A stretch of 60,481 bases of DNA, the filler included. It is 6 parts of 6 records of this genome, joined end to end, with 100 filler letters (N's around TTAATTAATTAA, not from the genome) between each part and the next. Parts side by side here need not be neighbours in the genome. Positions count along the whole stretch, not along the records: positions 28,580 to 39,740 come from DRR723986_7084; 5 more parts are not named here. One strand, given 5' to 3'. The position numbers and the translations under genes were made by a program. Below, piece after piece: positions 28,998 through 39,351 of the stretch. Numbering within the stretch: position 1 is the first letter of the stretch; each line of letters opens with the position of its first letter. Under the pieces are notes generated by a model that worked only from the letters and a program-made list of their open reading frames with translations, was not told the origin of the DNA and did no database searches.

Positions 28998-31900
28998 TTA
29001 CTCGCGAACAAACGGAGCTGCGATGCGGCCGCCACGGTACTCTATAACCAAATAATACACGCCCGGTGCAAAACCCTGAACGCTTAACTGATGGCTGAAT
29101 GTGCGCTGCTCAATGTTTAATTGCTGCGTTAACATTCGCTGTCCTACAGCCGAATACACGACCAAGGTCGCAATGCGGGCCTGTGGCATGCTTATGTGCA
29201 CGCTCAAACGATCGTTAACCGGATTGGGGTAAAGCTGGACGCGGCTACCGTCGGGACTGCGCTCGGAAACGCTGGTTGTAATAACTTCAACGGCGTCTGA
29301 AGTATCGCTACAGCCAAGTTCGTTGCGTACTACCACGCGGTAGCTGCCTTCCTCGGGAGCGATCAACTCGCGCGCATTCTGCCCCTCAAGTCTGATGCCG
29401 TTTAACAACCACTCATAACTTAAATTTTCAACCGAAGCTCTTAAATCGGCGCCAACGCGTTCGATTTCTGGTTTTTCGATAAGCTCCACCGTCACCATCA
29501 CGGATTCGGTAGCGGAGCAACCATCGGAATCGACAACTGTCACCTGATATTCCGTGCTTGAAAATGGTCGCGCATTCGGGCGCGGGGAACTTGGATCGTC
29601 GAGACCATCAGTCGGGCTCCACGAATACGTCACCGCATTTTCAGCCTGAGCCGAAAGTCTGGTAGACTCGCCGCGACAAATTTGAACATCTTCGCTGGTT
29701 TGAACTTCAAGCTGTGTGCCTTCGCTATTCAGAGCTACGCGCAGGTTGCCGGTGCAGGCGTCGCTGACGTAAGCGACGGTGAATTCACCCGAGGATGGAT
29801 TGGCAATGCCATTGTTAAGACTAATTGTAAATGCAGTGGCTTCGCCGGCTGCAAGTGTGACCGGGAATGTCGCTCCGGAAAATGTGAAGTCGCCACTGAT
29901 TTCCGCCGATTGCAGTGTAACAACGCCATCGCTGCTGTTGGTAACCGCGACACTGCGGTCTGGATTTGGCAGGTCATCACAAAGATCCTGGCGTGTGTAA
30001 ACAATCGCCCCCGGCTCAACTCGCGCGACAACACCCTGATTTTCGCCGCGCAAAACCACCGGAAAATCGATGGGACAGGGAAGTGCATCAAATGTCAGGT
30101 TGCCCTGATGTCCGCCCGAACTTTGCGGCGAATATCGCAGAGTGATGTCAAGTACTTCACCGGCGTCAAGAGTAACCGGAAAGCGCGGACTTACTATGCT
30201 GAAATTGTTGTCATCAATATTGAAACTGCGCAGAGTGACTGGAAACGTACCCAGATTACTCATGCTCAGCAACTGCTCTGATGAAGTTTCGCAGGCAGAG
30301 AGCACACCAAAGTAGAGATCCTGCGCAAAGTCAAGATTGGGTGACTGACGCACCTCGACTGTTACCTGCGCCTGCCCCGTGCATCCACGTGCATCTGTAC
30401 CGGTTACTGTGTACACCGTTGTGACGTCTGGATTGGCACTTGGGTCGGGACAGTCTGTACAGGAAAGGCCGGTGGCCGGTTCCCAGCGATACGTGACTGC
30501 ACCGGTAGCCAACAAACTCGCCGAGCGGCCGGCACAAATTACTTTTTCGTCGCTCACATCAATTACTGGTGGGTCGAGCAGGTTAACCGCTACGCGCGTT
30601 GTGGCTTCACAGCCATTTTCGCCCGTGACAGTCAGAGTATAAGTGCGCGATTCGCTTGGTGTAACTGTTGGAGTCGGCGAATTTGGATCATCCAGATCCG
30701 TAGCCGGGCTCCAGCTGTACGTGACGCCGCCGCTGGCGCTAAGCTGTTCAGAGGCGCCGACGCAGACTTCAACAATTGCTTCGGTATCAATAATTGGTTT
30801 GGGTTTTACCGTTACAAGCAGTTCCGATGTAATGCTGCAACCTTGTTCGTTCGTGACAATTACCTGATATGTGCTTGTCACTGCCGGATCAAATTCTGGG
30901 TCGGTACAATCCGTGCAGGATATCCCGGCGGACGGTGACCATTGGTAGCTGAATTCGTCGGGGAATTCGCGTTGTTCGCTTTCGCCGGCGCAAATTTCTA
31001 TCGGAGCACCTGCATCAAATTCGGGGCTCGGATTAACCGTAATCAGTACCGAGTCGCGCTGTTCAAAACCACTGCGATCACTAACCGTGATGTAGTACCA
31101 GGTTGTCTCGTCTGGATTGGCCGTCGGTGAAAGCAAGTTCGCATCGTTGAGCCCGGTAGAAGGGGACCAGGATTGACTATAATCTGGAAAACCCTCGCTC
31201 AGTTCAGTAGTGAGTACGACACTTTCACCGGCGCAGATTTCAGCGTTGTCCGGCATCGCAATTTCAACCGGATTGGTTGTGCCTTCGGTGCGATAGACAC
31301 TTCCGGCGAGCGTTCCGGCAAACAGAACGTCAAAATTGGACATTTCAAGCGACTGCACTGTTTGAATCAGCAGCCCGGTATTTAGCGCTTCCCAGTCCTG
31401 ATTGGGACCTCTGCTGCGGAAGACCCCGCGGCTAAAGGTACCGGCAAAAAGATCATCACGCTGATTAACCGCTAGTGTCAGGACTTCACGATCTGCCAGG
31501 CCACTGTTAACACTTTCCCAGCCCTGGCCCTGGTTCAGTGAGTAAAAGACGCCATTGCGCGTGCCGGCAAACCAGGTGCCGACCGTGTTGCTTGCCAGCG
31601 AAGTAACATCGCGGTTAAACAATCCCGTATTGGCTTCAGCCCAGTTATTGCCATTGTTAATCGAGCGGAAAATTCCTGTGAAAAACTGACTGGCAAAAAT
31701 GTTGCCGTCCAGATCAATTTCTATAGTTGTCATGAGGCGATCGTCCAGGCCGTTTTGTTCCCAGCTGTCACCGCCGTCGTCAGACTTAAACATACCGTCG
31801 GAAGTCGCCGCCCAGATTGTTCCATCCGGTGCGCGGTCCAGCGCATACACCGTCACATTATTTAGTGCATTGCGCGTCCAGTTTTGGCCTTTGTCGGTCG

Positions 31901-33092
31901 TTTCCCACATGCCACCGTCAAGTCCGGCAAACACCTTGCCGTCGCTGGGCAGATAAACTGACCAGATGGTGGTCTGCGGCAAGCCGTTTGACGCTACGGT
32001 CCAGGTGTCACCGTCGTCTTCGCTCAGATAGACAGCAGACTGTGAGCCGGCATACACCGTGCCATCATCATCACGCGTCATCGACCAAATTCCAATTGCA
32101 AACAGACCGTTGTTGGCGGCGCGCCATTCAATTCCCTGGTTTTCACTGCGTGCAATTCCGGCGTCGCGGCGTGCGCCAAGCAGCCACTCGTCGCCAACAG
32201 CAATGCTGTGTAAATCCTTGTCCGTCAGGCCTGTTGACCGCTCAGTCCAGGAGTCTCCAGCATTGGAGCTGTAAAACACACCGCGCGAAGTCGCAATCAC
32301 AAGAGATGTGGCATCAACGGATTCAATATCGCGAATGAAAGTATTGTTGGGAATGCCGGTGTTAATTTCTTCCCAGCTATCGCCCTGGTCACTGGAGCGG
32401 AAAATGCCGCGATTTGTTCCGGCAAAGAGAATGTCATTCTCGTCAACTTCAAAGGAGACAATCCAGGTAGTCCCGATTCCCTGGCCAACCCGCTCCCAGC
32501 TTGTTCCATTGTTTTTGGTGCGCTGGATTCCACTGATAACCGTGGCCGCAAAAACACTGCCGTCGGCTGTTTGCGCAAAATCGTTAACAACGGCGTCCGT
32601 AAGTCCCGTGTTAACTGCCGACCAGTTTAGTCCGTTGTCTTCGCTGCGGTAGGGGCCGGAGCCCTGTGTACCGGCCCAGACAACTTCGTTGCCCTGATGA
32701 AACAATCCCGAAAGAAAGAGATTGTCAAGACCAGTATTGCGAACGACCCAGGACTCGGCCAAATCGTCGGTAACGTGAATCCCGCCACCTTCAGTCGCAA
32801 GGAAAAACAGTCCATTTTCGGCATCGTGAACCAGCTTGCGACAGTCGCGATTGGCCAGGTTGCCATTTTGCGCCGTCCAGCTGTTGCCGCCGTCATCAGA
32901 TGAATAAATGCCGCCGCCAAATTCAACGGCAGCCCAGGCCGTGCCCTGGTCATCGTAAATAATATCGGTAATATTCCCGCCCAAGGGGCCGTTGCTACGT
33001 GCCCACTCAATGTCCTGCGCTACCAAGATAGAAGTGGCCACGAGAGGCGAGACTAAAGCGAATACTACATAAAGAGCGTAACGCAGCGTCAT
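28998..33092 (-). CDS. Large T9SS-secreted protein: BNR/Asp-box beta-propellers, Ig-like repeats, ASH-like domains, type A C-terminal sorting domain
   Basis: Signal peptide; many SxDxGxxW...N.GL repeats; repeated ICxG...YSWSP..GL...P...TT.Y.VTVT...GC units; C-terminal LYPNPVND...GVYYLVI. Confidence 0.88.
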   Translation of the reverse strand: MTLRYALYVVFALVSPLVATSILVAQDIEWARSNGPLGGNITDIIYDDQGTAWAAVEFGGGIYSSDDGGNSWTAQNGNLANRDCRKLVHDAENGLFFLATEGGGIHVTDDLAESWVVRNTGLDNLFLSGLFHQGNEVVWAGTQGSGPYRSEDNGLNWSAVNTGLTDAVVNDFAQTADGSVFAATVISGIQRTKNNGTSWERVGQGIGTTWIVSFEVDENDILFAGTNRGIFRSSDQGDSWEEINTGIPNNTFIRDIESVDATSLVIATSRGVFYSSNAGDSWTERSTGLTDKDLHSIAVGDEWLLGARRDAGIARSENQGIEWRAANNGLFAIGIWSMTRDDDGTVYAGSQSAVYLSEDDGDTWTVASNGLPQTTIWSVYLPSDGKVFAGLDGGMWETTDKGQNWTRNALNNVTVYALDRAPDGTIWAATSDGMFKSDDGGDSWEQNGLDDRLMTTIEIDLDGNIFASQFFTGIFRSINNGNNWAEANTGLFNRDVTSLASNTVGTWFAGTRNGVFYSLNQGQGWESVNSGLADREVLTLAVNQRDDLFAGTFSRGVFRSRGPNQDWEALNTGLLIQTVQSLEMSNFDVLFAGTLAGSVYRTEGTTNPVEIAMPDNAEICAGESVVLTTELSEGFPDYSQSWSPSTGLNDANLLSPTANPDETTWYYITVSDRSGFEQRDSVLITVNPSPEFDAGAPIEICAGESEQREFPDEFSYQWSPSAGISCTDCTDPEFDPAVTSTYQVIVTNEQGCSITSELLVTVKPKPIIDTEAIVEVCVGASEQLSASGGVTYSWSPATDLDDPNSPTPTVTPSESRTYTLTVTGENGCEATTRVAVNLLDPPVIDVSDEKVICAGRSASLLATGAVTYRWEPATGLSCTDCPDPSANPDVTTVYTVTGTDARGCTGQAQVTVEVRQSPNLDFAQDLYFGVLSACETSSEQLLSMSNLGTFPVTLRSFNIDDNNFSIVSPRFPVTLDAGEVLDITLRYSPQSSGGHQGNLTFDALPCPIDFPVVLRGENQGVVARVEPGAIVYTRQDLCDDLPNPDRSVAVTNSSDGVVTLQSAEISGDFTFSGATFPVTLAAGEATAFTISLNNGIANPSSGEFTVAYVSDACTGNLRVALNSEGTQLEVQTSEDVQICRGESTRLSAQAENAVTYSWSPTDGLDDPSSPRPNARPFSSTEYQVTVVDSDGCSATESVMVTVELIEKPEIERVGADLRASVENLSYEWLLNGIRLEGQNARELIAPEEGSYRVVVRNELGCSDTSDAVEVITTSVSERSPDGSRVQLYPNPVNDRLSVHISMPQARIATLVVYSAVGQRMLTQQLNIEQRTFSHQLSVQGFAPGVYYLVIEYRGGRIAAPFVRE

Positions 33093-33263
33093 ATTATGTG
33101 ATTCCAAAGTGAGTTACAATTGCGACGATTTTACAACACTCAACAGTCAATGAAGTAACAATCGTTGGTTTCTAAAGTATCGAACGTGTAAATTGAATAA
33201 GCCTAACCGCAACACACCTGTTACAGTTAACCAGAAGTATTTCGACTTAAAAGGAACAGACAC

Positions 33264-33776
33264 ATGCAATCAGCAAACGTCCAAGATCAGGCTCCATCTG
33301 CACGAATTGTAGACCGTCCCTCATTAAAACTGGTCGGACCCAAAATTCGTGTCGGCGCGTTTTCACCCAAAATTGGCCAGCTTTGGGGCGAATTCGTACC
33401 CACGATGAAAGCTATACCAGGACTCGCTTCGAGCAAAGATAGTTACGGAGTTTGTATCGCTCCCGAAGCCGGTAACGCCGATGTTGAGGAGTTTGACTAC
33501 ATGGCTTCCGTGCCCGTTGATCAGTTTACCGACGAACATGCGGACCTCGCCAAAGTTGTCGTTCCCGGCGGCAAATATGCGATTTTTACGCATCGTGGCG
33601 GTCTTGACAAATTGCCGGAGTCAGTAGCCGCGTTCAGCAAAGCACTCGACGCTTCCGACATAAAAGTCGATCATTCGCTCATGCTGGAACTCTACGACGA
33701 GCGTTTTAATCCCATGAGTTCCGATTCCGAACTCGATCTGCTGCTGCCGCTCAAAAAGAAAGCCAAAGAGGCCTGA
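33264..33776 (+). CDS. GyrI-like small-molecule-binding domain protein
   Basis: IGQLW..F, YGVC, FDYMASV, VPGGKYAIFTHRG and ELYDERF motifs. Confidence 0.88.
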   Translation: MQSANVQDQAPSARIVDRPSLKLVGPKIRVGAFSPKIGQLWGEFVPTMKAIPGLASSKDSYGVCIAPEAGNADVEEFDYMASVPVDQFTDEHADLAKVVVPGGKYAIFTHRGGLDKLPESVAAFSKALDASDIKVDHSLMLELYDERFNPMSSDSELDLLLPLKKKAKEA

Positions 33777-33781
33777 CAATT

Positions 33782-34300
33782 ATGCACTACGATATCGTCG
33801 AACTGCCTGCCTTGCCCCTGGTGGGGCACAAAATCTTAACCAGGGCGTTTTCACGAGACATCTTTGACCTTTGGACCAGATACGGTCCGCTGCTGAGCAG
33901 ACTTCCGCAGGCCAGTCCACTGGATCACAAGTTTGGCGTCTGTACAAATCCATCTGAGTCCGCAGCATCCGGACCGCCGACTGCTGCCGAGTTGGAGAAC
34001 TTTACGCCGCCGAAAATTGGCTATATGGCCAGCGTTTTGGTGCAGGCGTCTGCTGATGGATTGGACAATCTGCCTGACGACCTCGAATTTTTGACCCTGC
34101 CCGCGCGAAAGTACCTACATTTTGAACATCACGGACCGATTGCCGAATATGGCAAAACTCTCCAGGCGATTGGCACAACTATTACAGAACACAAGCTGGA
34201 GATAGATCACAGCTTTGATCTGGAGCGCTATGACGTCCGTTTTGACCCGACCGGTGCGGACTCCGTCGTAGACCTGTATTATCCCCTGCCGGAGGCTTGA
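33782..34300 (+). CDS. GyrI-like domain protein (tandem paralog)
   Basis: IFDLW, FGVC, YMASV, LPARKYLHFEHHG and ERYDVRFDP. Confidence 0.85.
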   Translation: MHYDIVELPALPLVGHKILTRAFSRDIFDLWTRYGPLLSRLPQASPLDHKFGVCTNPSESAASGPPTAAELENFTPPKIGYMASVLVQASADGLDNLPDDLEFLTLPARKYLHFEHHGPIAEYGKTLQAIGTTITEHKLEIDHSFDLERYDVRFDPTGADSVVDLYYPLPEA

Positions 34301-35427
34301 TTTTTTTGTTTGTCACTGCTGCTGAAAACTCAAGAATTACAGACAAGCACACAGTGCGCAGTCCTTCCAGACTGCAAACCGCGGTGCTGCTGGCTGGAAT
34401 GCTGTTGTTTCTCTGCATGCTCGGTGTTGCACTGCCCGGACAGGATACGCTTGTTTATGTTTTGATAAGTGGCATTCTGATATTTATGTTCGCGCAGCGT
34501 CTGGTTAGAGGCTGGCTCCAGCGACTGTATGCGGCAATTCCGCTTTCCAGAGCCGAAGCGCCGGAACTGCATGCAATCATCGATCACCTACATCACCGTG
34601 CGGCGATTCTAATGCGGCCGGAAGTGCTCTACCTGCCAAGTGAAATTACAGCTGCTTTTGTAATTGGAACACAGCGCGAACCTGCAATCGTAGTTTCCGA
34701 TGGTCTGTTACGTACACTTAACACTCGCGAGTTAAGCGCTGTACTGGCACATGAAGTGGCGCACATTAAACAGACAGATATTGCACTGTTTGGCCTGGCG
34801 GATGTTCTTATGCGCCTTGCCAACATTAGCGCGCTGATTGGCCAGTTGGGCCTGCTGATCAACTTGCCGCTCTTTCTCCTCGGCCTGACGCCGTTCTTGC
34901 TGTGGCCGCTCCTACTAATGATAGCCGCTCCAAACCTGACGGCGCTACTGCAGATGCTCTTGCCAAATGATCGCGAGCTCAGCGCCGACCAATTGGCTGT
35001 TCAAATTAGTGATGATCCCCACGCATTTGAGTCGGCACTCCTAAAGATGCAAGTCACGCCGCGCCGCTTCTGGCGAATCATTCTAATGCCGGGAGATAAA
35101 ATCGCGCAGCCATCAATCCTGCGTGCCCATCCGCCCCTGGCCAAACGCATCCAAGTTCTCGCAGCCGGCTTAGGTGGGCAATCAACAAACATCAAATCAA
35201 CAGACACAAACACTTCAGCCACAAGCGACACAATCTTCGGCCCAACAGACGCAATCACATCAGCCACAAGTAACACAGTCTCCAGCCCCACAGACCAGAC
35301 TGGCGGCGAGCCTCAAGAACCAGATCATGAGAGTATTAAAGACTTGTCACAAAACTTGCGGATGACCGATAAACTTGTGGCTGTGGACTCAGCGCCTTTC
35401 TGGCGCGTCAACGGATTGTGGTATTAG
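34297..35427 (+). CDS. htpX: M48 family zinc metalloprotease (HtpX-like)
   Basis: TM helices, AVLAHEVAHI (HExxH), RELSAD and HPPLAKRI. Start uncertain (TTG 34297 or GTG 34354). Confidence 0.85.
   Translation: MIFLFVTAAENSRITDKHTVRSPSRLQTAVLLAGMLLFLCMLGVALPGQDTLVYVLISGILIFMFAQRLVRGWLQRLYAAIPLSRAEAPELHAIIDHLHHRAAILMRPEVLYLPSEITAAFVIGTQREPAIVVSDGLLRTLNTRELSAVLAHEVAHIKQTDIALFGLADVLMRLANISALIGQLGLLINLPLFLLGLTPFLLWPLLLMIAAPNLTALLQMLLPNDRELSADQLAVQISDDPHAFESALLKMQVTPRRFWRIILMPGDKIAQPSILRAHPPLAKRIQVLAAGLGGQSTNIKSTDTNTSATSDTIFGPTDAITSATSNTVSSPTDQTGGEPQEPDHESIKDLSQNLRMTDKLVAVDSAPFWRVNGLWY
35200..35295 (+). repeat. Degenerate 45-bp coding repeat in HtpX tail
   Basis: ACAGAC recurs at 35200, 35245 and 35290, giving TDTNTSATSDTIFGP / TDAITSATSNTVSSP. 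Confidence 0.7.
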
Positions 35428-35440
35428 AAACTAGTGGCAA

Positions 35441-35908
35441 TCAATTCTGATCTTTCTTAAACGAGGTAATCCGATCGACTTCGCGGTTTGTATTTGTAAT
35501 CTCACGCGTTGTTAACACCAGAGTCGAGTCCGTCAGTTCAGTGATGGCCGAAAAGTCGCGGATGTCTTCATTCAAATCAAATATCGCCAGTGACGTAGGG
35601 CTCGCCTCATCAATGCGCCAGCTCCCGCTCAGGATATGCTCGTGATCCGCTACCGCCGTGCCCGGCGGCACATTGCGCACAACAAAAAAGCGATTGTTCT
35701 CCGCATAGAAATAAAACGTGCGATCATCCACCGGCAGCAAAATTTCATCAAACAGAACTTGCTCAATCTGCCAGTAACCCGTCAGCGCCGCGCGGTTTTC
35801 ACGTGCCTGCCTCACATTCGCCGACTCTTCATCATCCGAACAGGCAGTCATCCCAATTGCAGACAGCAATAAAAGCAGGTATGTGCGCAGTTGTAGATAG
35901 TTTTTCAT
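35441..35908 (-). CDS. Lipocalin-like lipoprotein
   Basis: Lipobox MTAC-SDD, LTGYW motif and ITELTDSTLVL. Confidence 0.75.
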   Translation of the reverse strand: MKNYLQLRTYLLLLLSAIGMTACSDDEESANVRQARENRAALTGYWQIEQVLFDEILLPVDDRTFYFYAENNRFFVVRNVPPGTAVADHEHILSGSWRIDEASPTSLAIFDLNEDIRDFSAITELTDSTLVLTTREITNTNREVDRITSFKKDQN

Positions 35909-35981
35909 AAGCGTTTTGTGTTAAATCAAGCTTTGGCAAGTTTTATAGCTTAGCGGCAAACTACGCCAATTCCAGAGAAAA

Positions 35982-37463
35982 TCAGGCTGAATCGCGCTGC
36001 TCAAAGCGTTCCTGCGCCGTCTTAAACGCAGCAATCGCACGTTTTTTAGCTGCAGCATGTTCCACCAGCGGCGCGGGATATTTGCCTTTGCCGGTCGCAG
36101 CAAACAGATCTTCAGCCGGCGGCGTGTGTAATTGTTTAAGGGGCCGGTCGCGCAGTTCCGGCACAAAATGCCGAATATATTCACCTTCGGCGTCAAACTT
36201 TTGCCCCTGCCGCCAGGGATTAAAGACGCGAAAATAGGGGGCGGCGTCCGTGCCTGTTGAGGCGGCCCACTGCCAGCCACCAACGTTGGAGGCCAATTCA
36301 TAGTCCATTAAATGTTGCGCAAACAACTCCTCGCCGCGCCGCCAGTCAATGAACAAATCTTTAGTTAGATAACTGGCCACAATCATACGCGCGCGATTAT
36401 GCATCCAGCCCGTTGTTAACAACTCCCGAATGGCGGCGTCTACAATCGGCACGCCGGTTTTCCCTTCGGCAAAACGACTAAAATGCTCTTCGTTCTTGTT
36501 CCACTCCAGGGTTGTGCGGTACTTCACATTAAACTCCTGTGTGGCGCTCTCCGGAAAATAATGCAGAATCATCGTGTAGAATTCACGCCAGATCAGCTCA
36601 CTTACCCAAACGCCGTCGTACCCAACAGACTGCGCGGCACGATACAGCTCACGAATCGATACACAGCCGAATCGCAGGTAGGGAGAGAGCCTGCTCGTCC
36701 CCGGTTTGGCCATGAAGTTGCGCTCTTCACTGTATCCGCCAATCTTCGACTGCACAAAGTCGTGCAGTAGCTCTGGACCGCGCGTCACATCCCACATCTC
36801 CAGGTCGGCAATTTCGTAGCCAATCTGCTGCAGGATATGCTCGGCGCCTTTGTCAAGCTCCAGCAATGGCAGGTTGGCATTGAGCAGGACAGCGCGGATT
36901 GCCTCAACATCAGCATGCCTGCCGCTGTCGTTGACCTCTGCTTCGCGGAAATCGCTTGCGCGCAAACTGGAGCGCCAAAGCTTGGAGTAGGGCGTAAAGA
37001 CGCGGTAGGGTGTGCCGTCGGCTTTTAGGACTTGTTCGGCGGGCATCAACAAATGATCCATCGGCTGCAGCATATCAATTCCCAAGTCCTGCAGCGTTGC
37101 TTTAACCTTTGCATCACGCGCTTGTGTGGCCGGCTCATAGTCGCGGCCCGCAATCACGCGCTCAAGTTCAAGCTTGGCGGCAACGCGTGGAATCAGCTCC
37201 TCAGCTTTGCCATGCAGCAACAGTAAACCGCCGCCGCGCGCGCGCAACTCTTGTTCCAAATGCAGCAGACGCTCAACCAAAAATGTTAAGCGTCTGTCGC
37301 GCGGATTATTAAAACGCTGCAGAATTTCAGTGTCAAACACAAAAGCCAGGCAGACGCTGCCCGCGTGCTCCAGAGCCTGAGCCAAACAGCGATGGTCATG
37401 CAGTCGTAAATCGCGCCGCAGCCAGACAAGGCTGCGGCATTGTGAGTCTTGAGGTTTGCGCAT
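35982..37463 (-). CDS. phrB: Deoxyribodipyrimidine photolyase (class I/III CPD photolyase)
   Basis: WLRRDLRLHD, TSRLSPYLRFG, ELIWREF, GWMHNRARMIVAS, SNVGGWQW and APYFRVFNP. Confidence 0.95.
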   Translation of the reverse strand: MRKPQDSQCRSLVWLRRDLRLHDHRCLAQALEHAGSVCLAFVFDTEILQRFNNPRDRRLTFLVERLLHLEQELRARGGGLLLLHGKAEELIPRVAAKLELERVIAGRDYEPATQARDAKVKATLQDLGIDMLQPMDHLLMPAEQVLKADGTPYRVFTPYSKLWRSSLRASDFREAEVNDSGRHADVEAIRAVLLNANLPLLELDKGAEHILQQIGYEIADLEMWDVTRGPELLHDFVQSKIGGYSEERNFMAKPGTSRLSPYLRFGCVSIRELYRAAQSVGYDGVWVSELIWREFYTMILHYFPESATQEFNVKYRTTLEWNKNEEHFSRFAEGKTGVPIVDAAIRELLTTGWMHNRARMIVASYLTKDLFIDWRRGEELFAQHLMDYELASNVGGWQWAASTGTDAAPYFRVFNPWRQGQKFDAEGEYIRHFVPELRDRPLKQLHTPPAEDLFAATGKGKYPAPLVEHAAAKKRAIAAFKTAQERFEQRDSA

Positions 37464-37506
37464 GCGCTCCGCTTTGCTGATAAGCTGTTAAATAACCGCC
37501 GATTGT

Positions 37507-39351
37507 TTAATTATTGCGCGCCGCTTCCAGCCCACGAATCCACTCACTCAGGCGCGTATTCATCTCGTCAAAACTCATCCCCGCAGCGCTCGAAGCAATG
37601 ACTTCGTCGCCATGTACAAGCGTGATATTTGCTCCCAGGTCTACCTCACCTTCAAAAGCCGGAATCGAAGCTTCGCGCTCAAAGTCGCTCTCGGCCTTCC
37701 GCAGAACTTCTGCGAGCGGTGTGTTAACCAGATCAACTGTTGCATTCGCCGAAAACGCTGTGCCCGTCAGTTGTTTAACCAGGTCGGGGAAGGGGATGCT
37801 GTTGCCCGGACGCCAATAAGAACCCGTCATCTCCGGGCCAATTTTGGGGTTGTCCATAATATAACCATCGCGCTTACGGAAAAAATCACGCGTCTGGAAT
37901 ACCGCCATGCGTGCCAGAACGTAGCCGTGATAGTAGGCGCTGGCCTCGCCGGAAAGCAGGTGCGGCACACTCATCACCGGGCGCGGCGAGTCATTCAGGC
38001 ACAACATCTTGCGTTCTACGCGGCGGCAGATTTCCAGGACTTTCTCGGCCGTTAACTCATCGTCCGGTACTTCGTAGATTTCCTTTTCTGAATACACAAC
38101 CATTAACATCCGCCGCAGGTTAAACGCCAGCAGTTCGTGTTCGCTACGCAGAATTTCTTTAATCAGGTCCAGGGGCATGCGCTCGCCGTCGCGAGTGCGT
38201 GCATAACGCGAGAGCCAGTCGGCATCGCCGGTTAATGCATCCATGAACATTGATTGTGTTTCGGCCAGCGCAATCGAAAATGGCGTAAACTCCTGACTAA
38301 AACAGGGCGCCGGCATTTCGATATTACTGAAGTGTGCCGCGTGTCCACCTTCATGCAGAAAAGTCTCTATCGCGCGTTTACCGCTGCCAACCTGTCCCGG
38401 AACGGCATTGGCCGTAAAGTTGATTTTTGCAGGCAGAAACTCACCGTCACGCACGTACGCCGGGCGCGGACCATGCATGAAGCCATTGTCGTGTTTGCCG
38501 CTGCGCTCCACCAGGTCCAGCGTCAGGTCGGCACCGCGATAGTCAATTCCAAAGGCTGCAAAAGTTCGTCCCCATACACCAAATGATTCGCTGAAGGGCA
38601 TGTAGGGATCAACATTGGAGGTCAAATCGCCGCGTGTTAAGTAATCAAAATTCCATGCTTCGCGCGCGTGCTCACCATGTTTTTTGGCTACGCGGTCTAC
38701 CGAGGCGGCACATGCATCGCGCGTCTTGGCTTCCAGCTCATCCAGAATTTCGAACAGAACTTTTTTCGAAAAACCTTCATTTACCGTGACTTTGTAATCG
38801 TAATAATCTTCATAACCGAGCATACGCCCAAGTTTGTTGCGCATCTTAACAACTTCCAGAAAACCGGTATCCAGCACGTGTGGTTCAATTGATCGCTGAC
38901 CTTCCCATGCGGCTTTGCGTGTTTTTTCGTCCGGCGAAGTCGCGATTCTCAGCCCGAGTCCTACCGAAGAAGCCTCAGTAAACTCACCACTGTTCGGATC
39001 GGTGAATCCCAGGCGCATCGAGCGCCGCGCCGTTTCCAATTTGTCTTCGGCAGCAATGATATCGTTTTGCAGTTGGCGCGCATCTGCATCTTTAATGGCA
39101 TTGGCATTAAAGTAGCGCAGCCAGCCTTCCAGTCCGGTTCGTTCGTTTTGGCTCAGGTCTGTACGCTCTAATTCTTTTTGAATTGTCGGGATCTGGCCGG
39201 GATCGCTTATGTAATTTTTCATCGCAATTTCGCGCTCAGCATATTCTCCGTCCACCGCAGCGGCCAGGCCCATTTTATTGCGCCAGAAAGCTTCTTCTTT
39301 GGCGCGGTGCACTTCCATATAGCGGTCGTTCAGTTCATTCAGCAAACTCAT
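37507..39351 (-). CDS. M3 family metallopeptidase (oligoendopeptidase)
   Basis: FLHEGGHAAHF (HExxH), AETQSM and YYHGYVLA. GGAG SD before ATG 39351. Confidence 0.88.
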   Translation of the reverse strand: MSLLNELNDRYMEVHRAKEEAFWRNKMGLAAAVDGEYAEREIAMKNYISDPGQIPTIQKELERTDLSQNERTGLEGWLRYFNANAIKDADARQLQNDIIAAEDKLETARRSMRLGFTDPNSGEFTEASSVGLGLRIATSPDEKTRKAAWEGQRSIEPHVLDTGFLEVVKMRNKLGRMLGYEDYYDYKVTVNEGFSKKVLFEILDELEAKTRDACAASVDRVAKKHGEHAREAWNFDYLTRGDLTSNVDPYMPFSESFGVWGRTFAAFGIDYRGADLTLDLVERSGKHDNGFMHGPRPAYVRDGEFLPAKINFTANAVPGQVGSGKRAIETFLHEGGHAAHFSNIEMPAPCFSQEFTPFSIALAETQSMFMDALTGDADWLSRYARTRDGERMPLDLIKEILRSEHELLAFNLRRMLMVVYSEKEIYEVPDDELTAEKVLEICRRVERKMLCLNDSPRPVMSVPHLLSGEASAYYHGYVLARMAVFQTRDFFRKRDGYIMDNPKIGPEMTGSYWRPGNSIPFPDLVKQLTGTAFSANATVDLVNTPLAEVLRKAESDFEREASIPAFEGEVDLGANITLVHGDEVIASSAAGMSFDEMNTRLSEWIRGLEAARNN

